A stretch of 63,040 nt of DNA, filler included, from Thermodesulfobacteriota bacterium (GCA_036381125.1; 8 parts of 8 records of this genome joined end to end with filler, not necessarily neighbours in it), one strand, 5' to 3'. Positions 26,594 to 35,695 are shown, numbered from the whole stretch's first letter. Numbers and translations: made by a program. The notes: generated from the sequence alone by a model not told the origin.

Positions 26594-28027
26594 CTAGCCC
26601 GTCGCCCCGGCCGTGGCCCGCGCGCCGGCCGGCTGCGCCGGGGCCGGCTCCCCGGGGCGCGGCGGCTCGCGCTTGACCGGCAGCGGCTCGCCCCAGAGCG
26701 CCGTCATCATGAAGTCGATCACCATGAGGCTGATGCCGATGTCCATCGTGATGCCCGTGAACGTCCGGAACCACCACCACGGGTAGCGCGCGATGACCGA
26801 CTTCACCCACTCGGTCCCGGCCCGCAGCTCGAAGCCGTTCATGAGCCCCTGGGCGGTGAGCGTGAGCCCCATCGCGGTGACCCCGGCGAGCATGAACCAG
26901 AAGGCCCAGTTGCCCATCCGGTAGCTCCAGAGCTTTCGCCCGACGAGCCGCGGCCAGACGAAGAACGCGCCGCCGATCGCCCACAGGACGAACGTGCCGA
27001 AGACCGTGAGGTGCGAGTGGGAGATGACGAAGTCGGTGAAGTGCGTAACCTTCTGGAGGCTCCGCAGCGCCTCCATCGATCCCTGGAAGCAACCGACCAG
27101 GTAGAGGAGCGATCCGGCGATGAGGAACTTGGCCGGGAGGTTGCGGCCGAACTCGTGCCACTTGCCGATCATCGTCCCGAAGAAGTTCTGCAGCACCGTC
27201 CAGACCGGGATGATGAGGAAGACGCTCGAGACGATGGCGATCGTCTCGGCCCAGTCGGCGATGGGGCTGTAGAGGTAGTGGTGGATCCCGAGGAACGGGT
27301 ACCAGTACGCGAGCGCCCAGAACCCGACGAGCGAGAGGCGGTGGCTGTACAGCGGGTTGTTCACCGCGTGCGGCAGGAAGTAGTAGATCGCCACGTAGCC
27401 GAGCGGGGTGGTCCAGAGGCCGACGGTGAAGTGGAGGTAGAGGCCGTGGAGCGCGGCATTGTTCACGCCCGGGAGCCAGTACGGGAGGACGAACTGCCCG
27501 AGCGGCCACCAGAGGGTCGTCCAGACGAAGGTCCCCATCAGGTACCAGAGGGCGACGTAGACTCTCGGCTCCCGGCGCCGGATCACGGTCGCCACCACGG
27601 CGATCGCCGTCGCCACGATGCAGACGTACTGGACGATCGTCCCGGGGAGGGGCGAGTCGGCCACCTCGAGCCCCTTGTTGTAGCCGGCCAGGATGGCGAC
27701 GAGCCCTCCCAGGGTCGAGAGGGTCCAGAGCCAGAAGACGGTCCAGAGGAGCCGCGGGCCGCCCCAGACCGGTCGCCCCGTGAGTCGCGGGAGCGCGTAG
27801 AGCCCGAGCCCGAACGCGAGCGAGCTGAAGGCCCCCCAGATGACGCCGTTCACGTGGAAGGGGCGCATCCGGCCGTAGGTGAGCCAGGAGACGCCGCCGA
27901 GGAACTCCGGGTAGACGATCTTGGTCGAGACGAGGACCCCCATCGTCGGGAAGACGAGGAGCCAGAGGAACCCGGCGAGGAGCCAGGCGATGACGACGGG
28001 GCGGTCGACGACCTGGTCGGCGATCTC
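26594..28027 (-). CDS. ccoN: cbb3-type heme-copper oxidase subunit I (5'-partial)
   Basis: YGRMRPFH, LYLHFTVGL, YPFLGIHH, HFTDFVISHSH: all six His ligands and the helix-VII Tyr are present. Confidence 0.9.
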   Translation of the reverse strand, partial: EIADQVVDRPVVIAWLLAGFLWLLVFPTMGVLVSTKIVYPEFLGGVSWLTYGRMRPFHVNGVIWGAFSSLAFGLGLYALPRLTGRPVWGGPRLLWTVFWLWTLSTLGGLVAILAGYNKGLEVADSPLPGTIVQYVCIVATAIAVVATVIRRREPRVYVALWYLMGTFVWTTLWWPLGQFVLPYWLPGVNNAALHGLYLHFTVGLWTTPLGYVAIYYFLPHAVNNPLYSHRLSLVGFWALAYWYPFLGIHHYLYSPIADWAETIAIVSSVFLIIPVWTVLQNFFGTMIGKWHEFGRNLPAKFLIAGSLLYLVGCFQGSMEALRSLQKVTHFTDFVISHSHLTVFGTFVLWAIGGAFFVWPRLVGRKLWSYRMGNWAFWFMLAGVTAMGLTLTAQGLMNGFELRAGTEWVKSVIARYPWWWFRTFTGITMDIGISLMVIDFMMTALWGEPLPVKREPPRPGEPAPAQPAGARATAGATG

Positions 28028-28127
28028 NNNNNNNNNNNNNNNNNNNNNNNNNNNNNNNNNNNNNNNNNNNNTTAATTAATTAANNNNNNNNNNNNNNNNN
28101 NNNNNNNNNNNNNNNNNNNNNNNNNNN

Positions 28128-29903
28128 ATCGTCGACCGCGAGCGCGAGATCCGCGCCTTCAAGCCCGAGGAGTACTGGTCGATCACGGCCACGCTCGAGG
28201 GCCGGACGCCGCCCCCCTTCGAGGCGAAGCTCGTCCGCATCGGCGACCGGAAGGTCGAGATCGGCTCGGGGGAGGAGGCCGAGCGGATCGTCTCGGCGCT
28301 CGACGGCGCGACCTGGGTGGTCCAGAAGGTCGAGAAGCGGGAGCGGCGGCGCAGTCCGGCGCCGCCCTTCATCACGAGCGTCCTCCAGCAGGAGGCGGCG
28401 CGCAAGCTCGGCTTCTCGGCCAAGAAGACCATGACCCTCGCGCAGCGCCTCTACGAGGGCGTGGAGCTGGGCGACGAGGGCTCGGTCGGCCTCATCACCT
28501 ACATGCGCACCGACTCGACCCGGCTGTCGAACGAGGCGGTCGCCGACGTGCGCGCGCACATCGAGCGCCAGTACGGGAAGGACTTCCTGCCCGACGCGCC
28601 CAACGTCTACCGCTCCAGGAAGTCGGCCCAGGACGCCCACGAGGCGATCCGGCCGACGTCGATCGAGTGGTCGCCCGAGCGGGTGAAGCCGTTCCTCGAG
28701 ACCGACCTCTACCGGCTCTACGAGCTGATCTGGCGGCGATTCGTCGCCTGCCAGATGGTGCCGGCCGTGTACGACCAGACCACCGTGGACGTCGACGCGA
28801 AGGGGCACGTCTTCCGCGCCACCGGCTCGGTGGTGAAGTTCGCCGGGTTCATGCAGGTCTACATCGAGGGGCGGGACGAGGGCGACCTGGCCGAGGAGGA
28901 GGGCTCGGGGCTGCCGCCCGACCTCGCCGAGGGCGATCGGCTCCGCCTCCTCAAGCTCGAGCCGCAGCAGCACTTCACGCAGCCGCCGCCCCGCTACACG
29001 GAGGCCTCGCTCGTCAAGGCGCTCGAGGAGAAGGGGATCGGCCGGCCGTCCACGTACGCCGCCATCCTCTCGAACATCCGCGACCGCGAGTACGTGACCC
29101 TCGACGACCGGCGCTTCCGGCCGACGCAGCTCGGCGAGATCGTGACCGACCTCCTCGTCGAGTCGTTCCCCGAGATCGTCGACGTCACCTTCACCGCCGG
29201 CATGGAGGACAAGCTCGACAAGGTGGAGGAGGGGCAGGTCGACTGGGTGAAGATGCTCAAGGAGTTCTACGGCCCCTTCAAGAAGACGCTGAAGGAAGCC
29301 GCCTCGAGCATGCGGGACGTGAAGGCCCAGGAGATCCCCACCGACATCCCGTGCGAGAAGTGCGGGAAGAACATGGTCATCAAGTGGGGCCGCATGGGCG
29401 AGTTCCTCGCCTGCCCCGGGTACCCGGAGTGCAAGAACACCAGGGACTTCGTGCGCGATCCGGATACCGGCGCCATCAAGGTGGTCGAGGAGGTCGCCAC
29501 CGACGAGGTCTGCCCGGAGAGCGGCCACCCGCTCGTCGTCAAGCGCGGACGCTTCGGCCGCTTCCTCGCCTGCTCCGGCTATCCCGAGTGCCGCTACACG
29601 AAGACCATCACGACCGGCATCGCCTGCCCGCAGTGCGGCAAGGGAGAGCTGGCCGAGCGGCGCAGCAAGCGCGGCAAGACGTTCTTCTCCTGCAACCGCT
29701 ACCCGGAGTGCACGTTCGCCCTCTGGGACCGGCCGAAGCCGATCCGCTGCCCGCAGTGCGACTACCCCTTCCTCGTCCAGAAGTACTCGAAGCGCACCGG
29801 CGCCTACCTGACCTGCCCCAACAAGTGCGGCTACCGCTCCGAGAGCGAGGCGTTCTCCCAGGAGGACGAGGCGAACGGCCAGCAGGCGGCCGGCGGCGCG
29901 TGA
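28128..29903 (+). CDS. topA: DNA topoisomerase I (5'-partial) with C-terminal zinc ribbons
   Basis: AQRLYE, ITYMRTDS, DAHEAIRPT, GIGRPSTY; C-terminal CxxC zinc ribbons. Confidence 0.96.
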   Translation: MVDREREIRAFKPEEYWSITATLEGRTPPPFEAKLVRIGDRKVEIGSGEEAERIVSALDGATWVVQKVEKRERRRSPAPPFITSVLQQEAARKLGFSAKKTMTLAQRLYEGVELGDEGSVGLITYMRTDSTRLSNEAVADVRAHIERQYGKDFLPDAPNVYRSRKSAQDAHEAIRPTSIEWSPERVKPFLETDLYRLYELIWRRFVACQMVPAVYDQTTVDVDAKGHVFRATGSVVKFAGFMQVYIEGRDEGDLAEEEGSGLPPDLAEGDRLRLLKLEPQQHFTQPPPRYTEASLVKALEEKGIGRPSTYAAILSNIRDREYVTLDDRRFRPTQLGEIVTDLLVESFPEIVDVTFTAGMEDKLDKVEEGQVDWVKMLKEFYGPFKKTLKEAASSMRDVKAQEIPTDIPCEKCGKNMVIKWGRMGEFLACPGYPECKNTRDFVRDPDTGAIKVVEEVATDEVCPESGHPLVVKRGRFGRFLACSGYPECRYTKTITTGIACPQCGKGELAERRSKRGKTFFSCNRYPECTFALWDRPKPIRCPQCDYPFLVQKYSKRTGAYLTCPNKCGYRSESEAFSQEDEANGQQAAGGA

Positions 29904-29942
29904 CGCGCCCGGCGGGCCTGCCCGTTCCGCTCCACGTCCGCT

Positions 29943-30533
29943 CTACTTTCGCCGCTCCCGCCTCGCCGTCGGGCTCGTCGTCCGCCCGGACTCCTTGCCG
30001 CGAGCGGCCGTGCCGCGGCGGCCGCCGGTTCGCGTGCGCGTCTCCGCTCGTCCGTGGACCTCGCTGCGGCGCGGCGTGCTTCGCGTGTCGGCGCGCTTCG
30101 TGCCGGCCTTCGCCGGCCGCCGTCCCGCCGCGGCGGCGCCCTGGGTGCGCGGCTTCGGCGGCGCCGCGGCGCGCCGGACGCCACGGCCGCCGCCGCCGGT
30201 CGCGAGCCCGGCGCCGCGAGCGGTGGCGGTCGCCCCCTTGACGCCGCGGCCCGGCGCCGCAGCGCCGCGCGGGGTCGCGCCAGCGGCCCGTCGCGGCCGT
30301 GGGGCCGGCTTGCCGGCCGACGCCGACCGCCGCGCCGCCTCGCCCGTTCGTCGGCCGTGGCCGACCCGTACGGGGCGCGCGCTCGGCGCCGCTCCGGTGC
30401 CGCGGCGGTCCGCCTGCCGCGGCTCCGCGCCGCGCCCGGCCGGATGAGCGCCTTTCGCGTGCCGCCTCGTCCCCCTCGCCCGGGTCGTGGCCCCGGGCGG
30501 GGCCGTGCGCGTGGGCCCCTTGCGCTTCGCCAT
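29943..30533 (-). CDS. Highly basic Arg/Ala/Gly-rich protein (histone H1-like composition)
   Basis: GGAGGAGG RBS and ATG at 30533; 196 aa starting MAKRKGP; fills the topA-trmFO gap. Confidence 0.5.
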   Translation of the reverse strand: MAKRKGPTRTAPPGATTRARGTRRHAKGAHPAGRGAEPRQADRRGTGAAPSARPVRVGHGRRTGEAARRSASAGKPAPRPRRAAGATPRGAAAPGRGVKGATATARGAGLATGGGGRGVRRAAAPPKPRTQGAAAAGRRPAKAGTKRADTRSTPRRSEVHGRAETRTRTGGRRGTAARGKESGRTTSPTARRERRK

Positions 30534-30605
30534 CGGCGCCTCCTCCGGTTCGAGGTCGGCGCGACGGCACGCAAGCCCCGTACCCCGCTGCGCTACACTT
30601 TTCGC

Positions 30606-31949
30606 ATGTCGCATCGTGCTCGCGTCGTCGTCGTCGGCGGCGGTTTCGCCGGCTGCGAGGCCGCGTACCAGGCCGCGCGCCGGGGCGCCGCCGTCACCCT
30701 CTACGAGATGAAGCCGGTCAGGATGTCGCCGGCCCATCGCTCGGCCGACCTCGCGGAGGTCGTCTGCTCGAACTCCCTCGGCTCCGACAACCCGGAGAGC
30801 GCGCCGGGGCTCCTCAAGCGGGAGCTGCGCGCCCTCGAGTCGGCGGTCGTCACCGCGGCGGACCGGCACCGGGTGCCGGCCGGGCAGGCGCTCGCGGTCG
30901 ACCGGGACGCCTTCGCCGCCGAGGTCACGCGGCGCATCGAGGGGACGCCCGGGATCACGGTCGTGCGCGAGGAGGTGACCGAGGTCCCCCTCGAGCCCGG
31001 GTCGTACACCATCGTCGCGACCGGGCCGATGACGTCGGACGCGCTCGCCGCCTCGCTCGCGCGCATCGTCGGCAGCGAGTCGCTCTACTTCTACGACGCC
31101 ATCGCCCCCATCGTGACCGCCGAGTCGATCGACCGGTCGATCGCCTTCCGCGCGTCGCGGTACGAGGCGGGGCCCGGCGACTACCTCAACTGCCCGCTCG
31201 ACGAGGCGCAGTACCACGCGTTCGTCCGCGAGCTGCTCGCCGGCGAGACCGTGCCGTCGAAGCCCTTCGAGGAGGAGAAGGTCTTCGAGGGGTGCATGCC
31301 GATCGAGGTCATGGCCGCGCGCGGGCCGATGACGCTCGCCTTCGGCCCCATGAAGCCGGTCGGCCTGATCGACCCGCGCACCGGCCGGCGCCCCTTCGCG
31401 GTGGTGCAGCTCAGGCAGGAGGACGCCGCGGCCTCGCTCTACAACATGGTCGGCTTCCAGACGAAGCTCCGCTACCCGGAGCAGAAGCGGATCTTCCGGA
31501 TGATCCCGGGCCTCGAGCAGGCCGAGTTCGTGCGGCTCGGCTCGCTCCACCGCAACGTCTTCCTGAACGCGCCGCGCCTGGTCGACGGCGCGCTGCGCGT
31601 GAAGTCGGCGCCGTCGCTCTTCCTGGCGGGGCAGATGATCGGGGTCGAGGGCTACGTCGAGTCGTGTGCCATGGGGGCGCTGGCGGGCATCCACGCCGAG
31701 CGGCTCGCCCGCGGCCTCACGCCCCTGCCGCCGCCCCGGGAGACCGCCCTCGGGTCGCTCGTGCACTACCTCGTCGCCTCGGACCCGAAGCACTTCCAGC
31801 CGATGAACGTGAACTTCGGTCTCCTGCCGGAGCCGCCGCCGGAGGCGAAGGTCAGGAAGGAGCAGCGGCGGGCGTACCAGCTCCGCCGGGCGGCCGAAGC
31901 GCTCTCCGGGTGGCTGGCCGAGGTGTCGCCGGCCGCCCAGCCCGCCTAG
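30606..31949 (+). CDS. trmFO: Folate/FAD-dependent tRNA (uracil-5)-methyltransferase
   Basis: GGGFAGCEAA, AEVVCSNSL, FYDAIAP, FGPMKPVGL, GVEGYVES, FQPMNVNFG. Confidence 0.95.
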   Translation: MSHRARVVVVGGGFAGCEAAYQAARRGAAVTLYEMKPVRMSPAHRSADLAEVVCSNSLGSDNPESAPGLLKRELRALESAVVTAADRHRVPAGQALAVDRDAFAAEVTRRIEGTPGITVVREEVTEVPLEPGSYTIVATGPMTSDALAASLARIVGSESLYFYDAIAPIVTAESIDRSIAFRASRYEAGPGDYLNCPLDEAQYHAFVRELLAGETVPSKPFEEEKVFEGCMPIEVMAARGPMTLAFGPMKPVGLIDPRTGRRPFAVVQLRQEDAAASLYNMVGFQTKLRYPEQKRIFRMIPGLEQAEFVRLGSLHRNVFLNAPRLVDGALRVKSAPSLFLAGQMIGVEGYVESCAMGALAGIHAERLARGLTPLPPPRETALGSLVHYLVASDPKHFQPMNVNFGLLPEPPPEAKVRKEQRRAYQLRRAAEALSGWLAEVSPAAQPA

Positions 31950-31967
31950 CCTCGCATCGGAACGACC

Positions 31968-32036
31968 GGGGTCGGGTCTTTCCGTTTTCCAACCGGCGAG
32001 AACGGGCAGGCCTGGAAAATGGAAAGGCCTGACCCC
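31968..32036 (+). repeat. 24-bp inverted repeat (REP/MITE-like hairpin)
   Basis: GGGGTCGGGTCTTTCCGTTTTCCA-N21-TGGAAAATGGAAAGGCCTGACCCC; a partial copy lies at 51673-51690. Confidence 0.7.
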
Positions 32037-32145
32037 ACTGCGCCATACTGATCGGTAAGACGCGACGCGCCCGGTCCGCCGGGCGACAGAGCGATGTCTT
32101 CCTGCCCGGCCTGCCTGCGCGCCGCTCCGTTCGACGGAGGCGACC

Positions 32146-32735
32146 ATGAACAGATCGCCGATCGCGGTGGGAGTGATCGCCGCGGCCGCGCTGGCCGGCG
32201 GCTGCGTATCGAGGACCACGTACCTCGCCGAGCAGCAGAAGACGGCGACGCTCGGCGCGCGGGCCTACGGTCTCGAGCAGCAGCTCGAGAACATGACCGC
32301 CGAGCGCGACCGTCTGGCCGGCGAGCGGCAGGCGCAGGCGGCGCGCGCCGAGGCGCTCGCGGCCGAACTCGACGCGTCGCGGCAGGATGCGGAGGCGACG
32401 CGCCGGCAACTCGACGGCGCGCGCGGCGAGGTCGAGTCGACCCGGCAGGCCCTCGCCCGGGCCACCGAGGAGCGCGACCGGCTCGACGCCCGGTCGCGCG
32501 ACCTTGCCGCCCAGCTCTCCGCGGCGCAGCAGGACCTCGAGGCCACGCGGGGCCAGCTTGCGACCACGCAGCAGGACCTGGACGCCACGCGGGGCCAGCT
32601 CGCGGCCGTGCAGCAGGACCTCGACGCCACGCGAGGCCAGCTCGCGACGGCGCAGCAGGGGCTCGAGGATACGCAGGCGGAGCTGGCGGCGACCCGACAG
32701 GACCTCGAGGGCACCCGAGGCCAGCTCGCGACGGC
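32146..32735 (+). CDS. Coiled-coil lipoprotein (3'-partial; possibly the N-terminus of an OmpA/MotB-type protein)
   Basis: GGAGG RBS; lipobox LAGGC; long heptad-repeat region. Confidence 0.7.
32527..32735 (+). repeat. 42-bp intragenic tandem repeat, at least 5 units
   Basis: Units start at 32527, 32569, 32611, 32653 and 32695 and encode QQDL(E/D)ATRGQLAxx; the array runs into the contig end. Confidence 0.85.
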
Positions 32736-32987
32736 NNNNNNNNNNNNNNNNNNNNNNNNNNNNNNNNNNNNNNNNNNNNTTAATTAATTAANNNNNNNNN
32801 NNNNNNNNNNNNNNNNNNNNNNNNNNNNNNNNNNNGAATTCCTGACGCCACGGGCTGAGGCGAAGTCGGGCCACGTGCTCCAGGTGGCTGAGATGTTCGA
32901 GACGTGGATCCTGCGCACGACGCCCGAGACCGGCACGCCGGCCACGACGCCGGCGCCCGCGGCCGCGACGCCGGCGGGAGGTGCGCG

Positions 32988-33308
32988 ATGAAGCGCCTCC
33001 GCCAGCGGCCGGCAGCCCTCACCCTCACGCCGGCGCACCACCGCCTCTGGCCACTCGCCGCGTTCGAGCAGGCACACCCGCCGCTCTGCGACGGCCCGCA
33101 TGGCCGGCCCGGCGATGGCACGTATGCGCGTGCGGTCGGGTCCCTGATCGTCGAACTCCGCACCCGGCAGCGCTCACCCCTCGAGCTTGTCGTCCGCGTG
33201 TACGTCTGCCAGGCGTGCGCTGACCGGCTCGGCGTCGAGCCGTATCCGGAGGCCGCGTCGACGTCGGCGCCGGTCGAGTCCGCCCTGGCGGCGGGAGGTG
33301 CCCGATGA
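32988..33308 (+). CDS. Phage hypothetical protein
   Basis: GGAGGT RBS, ATGA coupling, CxxC. Confidence 0.55.
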   Translation: MKRLRQRPAALTLTPAHHRLWPLAAFEQAHPPLCDGPHGRPGDGTYARAVGSLIVELRTRQRSPLELVVRVYVCQACADRLGVEPYPEAASTSAPVESALAAGGAR

Positions 33309-33898
33309 CGACCGAGCTGACCCCCAACCCGTCGGCGGCGCCCGCCGCCGAGGCCTCCGCGGCCCAGCCGCCGGCGCCGACGCGGGCGGACATCGAGCGG
33401 ATCCACGAGCTACGCGAGGCGCTCCGCGTCCGCAAGGCCGAGCTCGACGCCGCGCACGAGCTCGTCGACGAAGCATTCGCTGCCGAGCGCGAACAGATCG
33501 CCGCCCTCACCGAGCAGCTCGACGCGGCCGTCGAGGACGTGAAGGCGCGCGCCGTGGCGCTCTTCATCGCGACGAAGCGGGAGGTCCGGACGCCCGCCCC
33601 AGGCCTTCAGGTCAAGGTGTTCAAGGAGGTCGAGGTCCTCGACGCGGCGGCCATGCTCGCGTTCGCCAAGCAGCACGTCCCCTTGGCCGTCCGCGAGGTG
33701 GTCGACGAGAAGGTGCTCCTCCGCGCCCTTGGCGACCGGGAGGTCCCGTTCCTCCGGCGCACCGAGGACCCGCGCGCCCAGCTCGCCACCGACCTCGGAG
33801 CAGCCCTCCTCAAGGCCGACCTCAAGCCGACGCTCGCGCCCGCGGTCGAGGCCGCGATCGAGCAGGCCCGCGCGAGCCAGGGCGGAGGTGCACGATGA
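33305..33898 (+). CDS. Coiled-coil phage protein (Gam/Gp157-like architecture)
   Basis: Long N-terminal helix, then GLQVKVFKEVEVLD..VREVVDEKVL. Confidence 0.5.
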   Translation: MTTELTPNPSAAPAAEASAAQPPAPTRADIERIHELREALRVRKAELDAAHELVDEAFAAEREQIAALTEQLDAAVEDVKARAVALFIATKREVRTPAPGLQVKVFKEVEVLDAAAMLAFAKQHVPLAVREVVDEKVLLRALGDREVPFLRRTEDPRAQLATDLGAALLKADLKPTLAPAVEAAIEQARASQGGGAR

Positions 33899-34383
33899 GC
33901 GCTTTCTACTGCCACCACTGCGAGGCGCCGCTCGCGGCGCCCGCCGGCGCCTGCGACACCTGCCATGACGCCATGCTCACGGTCGTCGACACGGCGCGGG
34001 CCTACTTCGCGACCCCGTGGCCGAGCCGCCTCGATGTGCTCCGCCGCGCGGTCCTCGGCTACGAGGCACGCCTCCGGCCGTCGACGCCGCCGCCGAGCGC
34101 GCCTCCCGTCTCGACGCCGGAGGGCCGCCAGGCGATCGAGGACCTCTTCGGCCACATCCCCGACCCGGCGGCGCCGGCCGCCCCCGCCGCGGCCCCGACG
34201 CCGGCGACAGCACCGATCCCGATCACCGACGCGCAGGTCCGGGCGCTCCAGTCGATCGGGCGGACAAAGGGGCTCACGGTCGACGCGCTCGAGCAGCTCG
34301 CGCAGGAGCGGTACGGCGTGCCGCTCGCGGGACTCGACATCGAGCGCGGGTCGGACCTCATCAAGCACGTCCAGCGGCTCTAG
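33895..34383 (+). CDS. Phage hypothetical protein with an N-terminal zinc ribbon
   Basis: CHHC..CDTC; C-terminal ITDAQVRAL..GSDLIK helical domain. Confidence 0.6.
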   Translation: MSAFYCHHCEAPLAAPAGACDTCHDAMLTVVDTARAYFATPWPSRLDVLRRAVLGYEARLRPSTPPPSAPPVSTPEGRQAIEDLFGHIPDPAAPAAPAAAPTPATAPIPITDAQVRALQSIGRTKGLTVDALEQLAQERYGVPLAGLDIERGSDLIKHVQRL

Positions 34384-34632
34384 GGGGGCGCGGCTATGGC
34401 GTGGCGCAACTGGGTCCTCGCGATTGGCCTCTACCTCGCCGTCATGACGGTGGCTGTGGGGGTGTTCCGGTGCCTTCTCGGCGTCTGACCGCGCGATGAC
34501 GGTCCTGCGGCTCTACGGCTACGCCTGGCTCGCGCTCGCGGCCCTCGCCGCGGTCGCATGCCTGATCCCGGACGAGGTCTACGCGTGGGTCGAATGCCGC
34601 CGCGTGCTGCGGCGGACGGAGGGGAGGGGGCG

Positions 34633-34911
34633 ATGCGGACGTTCCAGATGGTCCGGTACGAGGACACCTCAGGCGTGAGCGGGGTCGGCGTGATCGCCGA
34701 GGGCGTCGTCTTCACCGATGGGACGGTGGTGCTCCGCTGGGTGACCGCCCACCGGTCTACCGGGCTCTACGACTCCGTGGAGTCGTGCCTCGCGGTGCAC
34801 GGCCACTTCGGCCGGACGCGCCTCGTCTTCGAGGACGGGAGCGAGCTGCCGCGACCCGACCTGCGGGCGACGCTCGCCGAGCGCCTGGCCGCGAACGGCG
34901 CGCGGCGATGA
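34633..34911 (+). CDS. Conserved phage hypothetical protein
   Basis: RYEDTSGVSGVGVIAEGVVFTDGTVVLRW..VHGHFGRT; GGAGG RBS. Confidence 0.7.
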   Translation: MRTFQMVRYEDTSGVSGVGVIAEGVVFTDGTVVLRWVTAHRSTGLYDSVESCLAVHGHFGRTRLVFEDGSELPRPDLRATLAERLAANGARR

Positions 34912-35177
34912 ACGGCCACGAGGCCGTCGAGGCCGTCGTCTGGCTCGCGCTCGGCCTCGCCGTCGCGTGGGCGGTCCGCGAGGGTTACCGGCTGATCTGG
35001 CCGAAGCGCCCGCGCGGGTCCGCCCAGGGGCGTCAGGGTGAGCAGCTCGCGCGGCGGGAGATCCGCCGGGCCGAACGTGCCCAACGCGCGAAGCGTCGCC
35101 TCGTCATGACCCGGCCGCTCCCGCCGCCCGAGCCCGACGCGCACGAGACCTGGCCGGGCGCCGGTGGCGCGGCATGA
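34908..35177 (+). CDS. Small membrane-anchored phage protein
   Basis: ATGA coupling at both ends; TM helix then a basic tail. Confidence 0.5.
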   Translation: MNGHEAVEAVVWLALGLAVAWAVREGYRLIWPKRPRGSAQGRQGEQLARREIRRAERAQRAKRRLVMTRPLPPPEPDAHETWPGAGGAA

Positions 35178-35695
35178 GCGCCTGGGTCTTCCTCCTCGGC
35201 CGCGTCGCCGGCGCGCCCACCCCGGTCGGTCAAGGCGCCGAGCGCCGGATCATCCTCCGCCTGCGGGTCGCCGACATCGGCGTGGGGCCCGGCGAGGAGG
35301 GGCCCGCCCGCGTGCAGGACTGGCGGGTCCTCGCCGTCGGCCCGACCGTCGAGGTCGCCGAGGGCCTCGCCGTGGGCGCCGTGGTCCTCGTCGAGGGCCG
35401 GCCGCGCGTCCGGGTCGAGAAGGGCGTCACCGTGAACGGCACGGAGGTGACCGGCCACCGGCTCGAGGTGGAAGCCGCGACGCTGCTGCCGGCCGAGGGG
35501 ATCGTCGATCTGCTCGGACCCGAGGCCGCGGTGGCCTCGGCGACGGTGGCGCCGCGCACGCCTACCCCACCCGCTGCGGCCGAGGCCCATCCCCGTTCCT
35601 GCCGCACGTGCGGGCGCGGCTTCGACACGACCGACCGTCGCGTGCATCACTGTCCGGCCTGCCGCGCGGGCCGGGCCACGAAGGAGTCCGCATGA
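35174..35695 (+). CDS. SSB-like OB-fold protein with a C-terminal zinc finger
   Basis: VFLLGRV..LAVGAVVLVEGRPRV..LEVEA; CRTC..CPAC. Confidence 0.55.
   Translation: MSAWVFLLGRVAGAPTPVGQGAERRIILRLRVADIGVGPGEEGPARVQDWRVLAVGPTVEVAEGLAVGAVVLVEGRPRVRVEKGVTVNGTEVTGHRLEVEAATLLPAEGIVDLLGPEAAVASATVAPRTPTPPAAAEAHPRSCRTCGRGFDTTDRRVHHCPACRAGRATKESA

Noticed and set aside
32527-32735. Possible CRISPR array
   Set aside because: Contiguous 42-bp coding repeats with no unique spacers and no cas genes. No CRISPR array, tRNA or rRNA was recognised anywhere in the window.
33950-33967. CxxCH (CDTCH) as a heme site in a phage protein
   Set aside because: No signal peptide, and it pairs with an upstream CxxC, so a zinc ribbon is more likely.
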